From the IMG/VR virus record IMGVR_UViG_2563366958_000002: 19,314 nt of DNA. The stretch is one strand, 5' to 3'. The DNA comes from a virus (lineage: Duplodnaviria; Heunggongvirae; Uroviricota; Caudoviricetes). Made by a program: the position numbers and the translations under genes. The notes under the pieces were generated by a model. It was given only the letters and a program-made list of their open reading frames with translations, made no database searches and had not been told where the DNA came from. This document shows positions 17,577 to 19,314 of the stretch, in pieces (positions within the stretch are counted from its first letter, which is position 1; the number at the start of each line of letters is the position of its first letter).

Positions 17577-17792
17577 TTACTCTCCCCGTGCCGCCTTACG
17601 ACGGTCCTCTCTGATTTTGAAATACAGGTTAGTCAGATATGTCAGCAGCCCAAACAGCAGACTCCCCAGCACGCCTATTGCCGCCCACTGAGACGGGGAA
17701 ACCCTGTCCAGCAACTGCAGGAACCAGTAGCCCGTTCCCACCGCTGACGTGGTGTATGACACACCTGTTGTGATTTTTTCCATCTGGTCCAT
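17577..17792 (-). CDS. S: Pinholin (phage 21 S-type class II holin) with dual-start motif
   Basis: 71-aa product [71 protein letters not shown], recognised as S21-family. Met1 and Met4 give antiholin and holin starts. GGGAGA upstream. The 35 codons upstream in track ORF 17577..17897 are treated as non-coding. Confidence 0.88.
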   Translation of the reverse strand: MDQMEKITTGVSYTTSAVGTGYWFLQLLDRVSPSQWAAIGVLGSLLFGLLTYLTNLYFKIREDRRKAARGE

Positions 17793-17941
17793 ACCCCGTC
17801 TCCCGTTATCCGGAAGCTGACAACAATAAAAAAGCCACCAGTTAACTACTGATGGCTCTGATAACTCATGCAAGCGTCTCAGACGATCCACTGACACTAC
17901 CGGTGAGTTTAACGATACCTTCCATTTGACTGGCTCACTTT

Positions 17942-18103
17942 TTATGATGATGCCGGTGCATTTATCTCCAGCACCAGACTTTCTATCTCAACGCCATACG
18001 TTGCATTTTTGGTAATATCCGTCAGCGTCAGTACATTTAGTCCCACTGCCAGACTGTCTTTTATGGCCTGGAATGCCGGGCCAGTACGATGACGTAGTAT
18101 CAC
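17942..18103 (-). CDS. Candidate small ORF (about 53 codons, GTG start) overlapping the end of the upstream small gene; possibly the displaced 3' part of a frameshifted gene
   Basis: Hand-translated open frame [53 protein letters not shown]. Its GTG overlaps the TGA of ORF 18100..18288 (GTGA). No ATG and only a weak SD. Confidence 0.22.
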   Translation of the reverse strand: MILRHRTGPAFQAIKDSLAVGLNVLTLTDITKNATYGVEIESLVLEINAPASS

Positions 18104-18288
18104 TCGGGCTCAGTTGCACCACTGACCACCACATCACCTTCTGCTGCAATCGCCTGCATCAGGGTATAAGGGGTTATGGCCACCGGACTACCAAACGGCT
18201 GCCAGCCCTCTTTCAGTTTATGTGTCAGCTTTTCCGCAAGATCTGACGGCGGCGCCGCCCTGACAACATCATAGTGTTTAAATGCCAT
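18100..18288 (-). CDS. Small hypothetical protein (62-67 aa) upstream of the lysis cassette
   Basis: Track ORF 18100..18303. Internal ATG at 18288 gives [62 protein letters not shown]. Moderate G+C, in contrast to the AT-rich DNA immediately upstream. Family not verified. Confidence 0.5.
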   Translation of the reverse strand: MAFKHYDVVRAAPPSDLAEKLTHKLKEGWQPFGSPVAITPYTLMQAIAAEGDVVVSGATEPE

Positions 18289-18548
18289 GGTTCTTTCCAC
18301 CATCTGAAAAATAATTCTTTAAAATACCAGACATGTAACACAGAAAAAACACAAAACCATACCTTAAATAGAAACCTGATCATCAAGCAGATATGCATGG
18401 ATAAACTACAAGACGAGATATAAACCACCCTGCATTTAAATAAACAATAAACAACATCAGAAAAATAATTCTGCTCTATGGTTTATATTCAAAAATATCA
18501 TTTATACTTTTCAGAACATCACCAGCAAGGCATAAACAAGGAAGCTAA

Positions 18549-18884
18549 ATGAAGTGGATTGTGATTGATACAGTTATCCAGCCATCATGCGGAATATCTT
18601 TTTCAGTCATATGGAGTAAAATAAAATTAATAATCTGGTATCAATCGGATGCTTTCTTACCTCCTGAAAGTATATTTACACTGACTCACACAGGTATCAT
18701 GCTCAATAACAAAGTGCTACCTGTAACCATTTACAACGTAGTACCATTCAATAAAACATTCTGGAATTTAATCAAAAACAGCCAGGAATGTCCTACAAAT
18801 ACAGATAACGTATTGAATGAATGCTTTAATAACCGTTGCACTCTGCAAATATGTCCTTATGGACTAAAACAACAAAGTCCATAA
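18549..18884 (+). CDS. Hypothetical Cys-containing protein (111 aa) in an AT-rich island, opposite in orientation to all phage genes
   Basis: [123 protein letters not shown] 4-6 nt before the ATG; candidate -10 TATACT at 18503..18508. A 111-codon open frame is unlikely by chance in stop-codon-rich AT-rich DNA. Confidence 0.55.
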   Translation: MKWIVIDTVIQPSCGISFSVIWSKIKLIIWYQSDAFLPPESIFTLTHTGIMLNNKVLPVTIYNVVPFNKTFWNLIKNSQECPTNTDNVLNECFNNRCTLQICPYGLKQQSP

Positions 18885-18919
18885 GGAGTTTACTCACATC
18901 TGACAAAATCAATATAAAC

Positions 18920-18939
18920 AGCCCCTCCGGAGAGGGGCT
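18920..18939. other. Perfect 8-bp stem hairpin AGCCCCTC-CGGA-GAGGGGCT
   Basis: Palindromic. On the minus strand it is followed by GUUUAUAUUGAUUUUGU (terminator-like). On the plus strand it sits about 35 nt after the stop of ORF 18549..18884 but with no T-tract. Confidence 0.35.
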
Positions 18940-19135
18940 GGAGAGTGGCGCTATGTGCCATTGCATGGTGCCGGGTGCCTCCCGGTGAATTCAGTACCAG
19001 CACCTGAATCCGCGATTATCCCATATACCTACTCGCTGATTGCCCCTCCGCACAGGGGGATTCACCATGCCAGTTTCTTTTAACAAACTCCCCGCAAAAC
19101 AGACAACTGTCAACCGTCTGAATTGTGAGACATTT

Positions 19136-19160
19136 AAAAAAAGGCCCGCAAAAGCGAGCC
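19136..19160 (-). terminator. Intrinsic terminator downstream of tRNA-Arg
   Basis: Minus strand GGCUCGC-UUUU-GCGGGCC (7 bp, one G-U pair) followed by UUUUUUU, 14 nt after the tRNA 3' end. Confidence 0.6.
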
Positions 19161-19174
19161 GGGAAAAATAAGTC

Positions 19175-19251
19175 TGGCGCGTTGTACTGGATTCGAACCA
19201 GTGACCGATTGCTTAGAAGGCAATTGCTCTGTCCGGTTGAGCTAACAACGC
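19175..19251 (-). tRNA. tRNA-Arg (anticodon UCU)
   Basis: 77-nt cloverleaf folded by hand: acceptor GCGTTGT/ACAACGC, D-arm GCTC-AACCGGACA-GAGC, anticodon arm ATTGC-CTTCTAA-GCAAT, variable CGGTC, T-arm ACTGG-TTCGAAT-CCAGT, discriminator G, encoded CCA. Confidence 0.85.
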
Positions 19252-19264
19252 AGGGTACAGATAA

Positions 19265-19314
19265 TGGACCGCCATCGAGGACTCGAACCCCGCGCAACCA
19301 GCTTCGAAGGCTGG
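19265..19314 (-). tRNA. Partial tRNA (3' 50 nt; 5' end beyond window), anticodon stem-loop suggests UCG (Arg)
   Basis: Minus strand CCAGC-CTTCGAA-GCTGG (anticodon arm), variable TTGCG, T-arm CGGGG-TTCGAGT-CCTCG, acceptor 3' strand ATGGCGG, discriminator T, CCA. Lies 13 nt upstream of tRNA-Arg(UCU). Anticodon call is tentative because the 5' half is missing. Confidence 0.6.

Noticed and set aside
17793-17897. N-terminal 35-codon extension of the holin ORF in the track ([35 protein letters not shown])
   Set aside because: The recognised pinholin begins at the internal dual-start motif MDQM, which has its own SD; the extension is not part of any known holin.
17898-18900. Shiga toxin (stxA/stxB) or other known toxin genes between the tRNAs and the holin
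   Set aside because: No ORF of appropriate size (about 320 and 90 aa, co-oriented with late genes, signal peptides) is present; the interval holds only small unrecognised ORFs.
19016-19297. 93-aa minus-strand ORF overlapping the tRNA genes and terminator
   Set aside because: It runs through a hand-folded tRNA-Arg cloverleaf and an intrinsic terminator; the tRNA interpretation explains the sequence better.
1-19314. CRISPR array, integrase or attachment site, insertion sequence or transposase
   Set aside because: No regularly spaced direct repeats, no tyrosine or serine recombinase-like ORF and no transposase-like ORF in any frame. The tRNA genes are read as phage-borne rather than an integration target because phage late genes continue directly from them.

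Overview
This 19.3-kb window is an almost complete late region (lysis plus head and tail morphogenesis) of a lambdoid prophage from an enterobacterium, with every recognisable gene on the minus strand. Reading right to left, in the direction of transcription: two phage-borne tRNA genes (one partial, then tRNA-Arg UCU) followed by an intrinsic terminator; an AT-rich cargo island carrying a plus-strand 111-aa ORF and small minus-strand ORFs; a phage-21-type lysis cassette (dual-start pinholin, an unknown 116-aa gene, SAR endolysin, Rz with embedded Rz1); an HNH endonuclease; a probable cos region; terminase small and large subunits; portal; prohead protease; HK97-fold major capsid protein; connector, head-closure, neck and tail-terminator proteins; and lambda-like tail genes V, G/GT (programmed -1 frameshift), tape measure H (1081 aa), M, L, K, I and the first ~1.5 kb of J, which runs off the window. 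No integrase, transposase, CRISPR array or Shiga-toxin genes are present. All protein identifications rest on recognising the translations from memory; no database search was run. The best candidates for undescribed biology are the unknown gene wedged between pinholin and endolysin, and the AT-rich island between the tRNAs and the holin, which includes a ~108-nt multi-hairpin element closed by 8-bp inverted repeats. A recurring family of terminator-like hairpins inside the structural operon is also notable.
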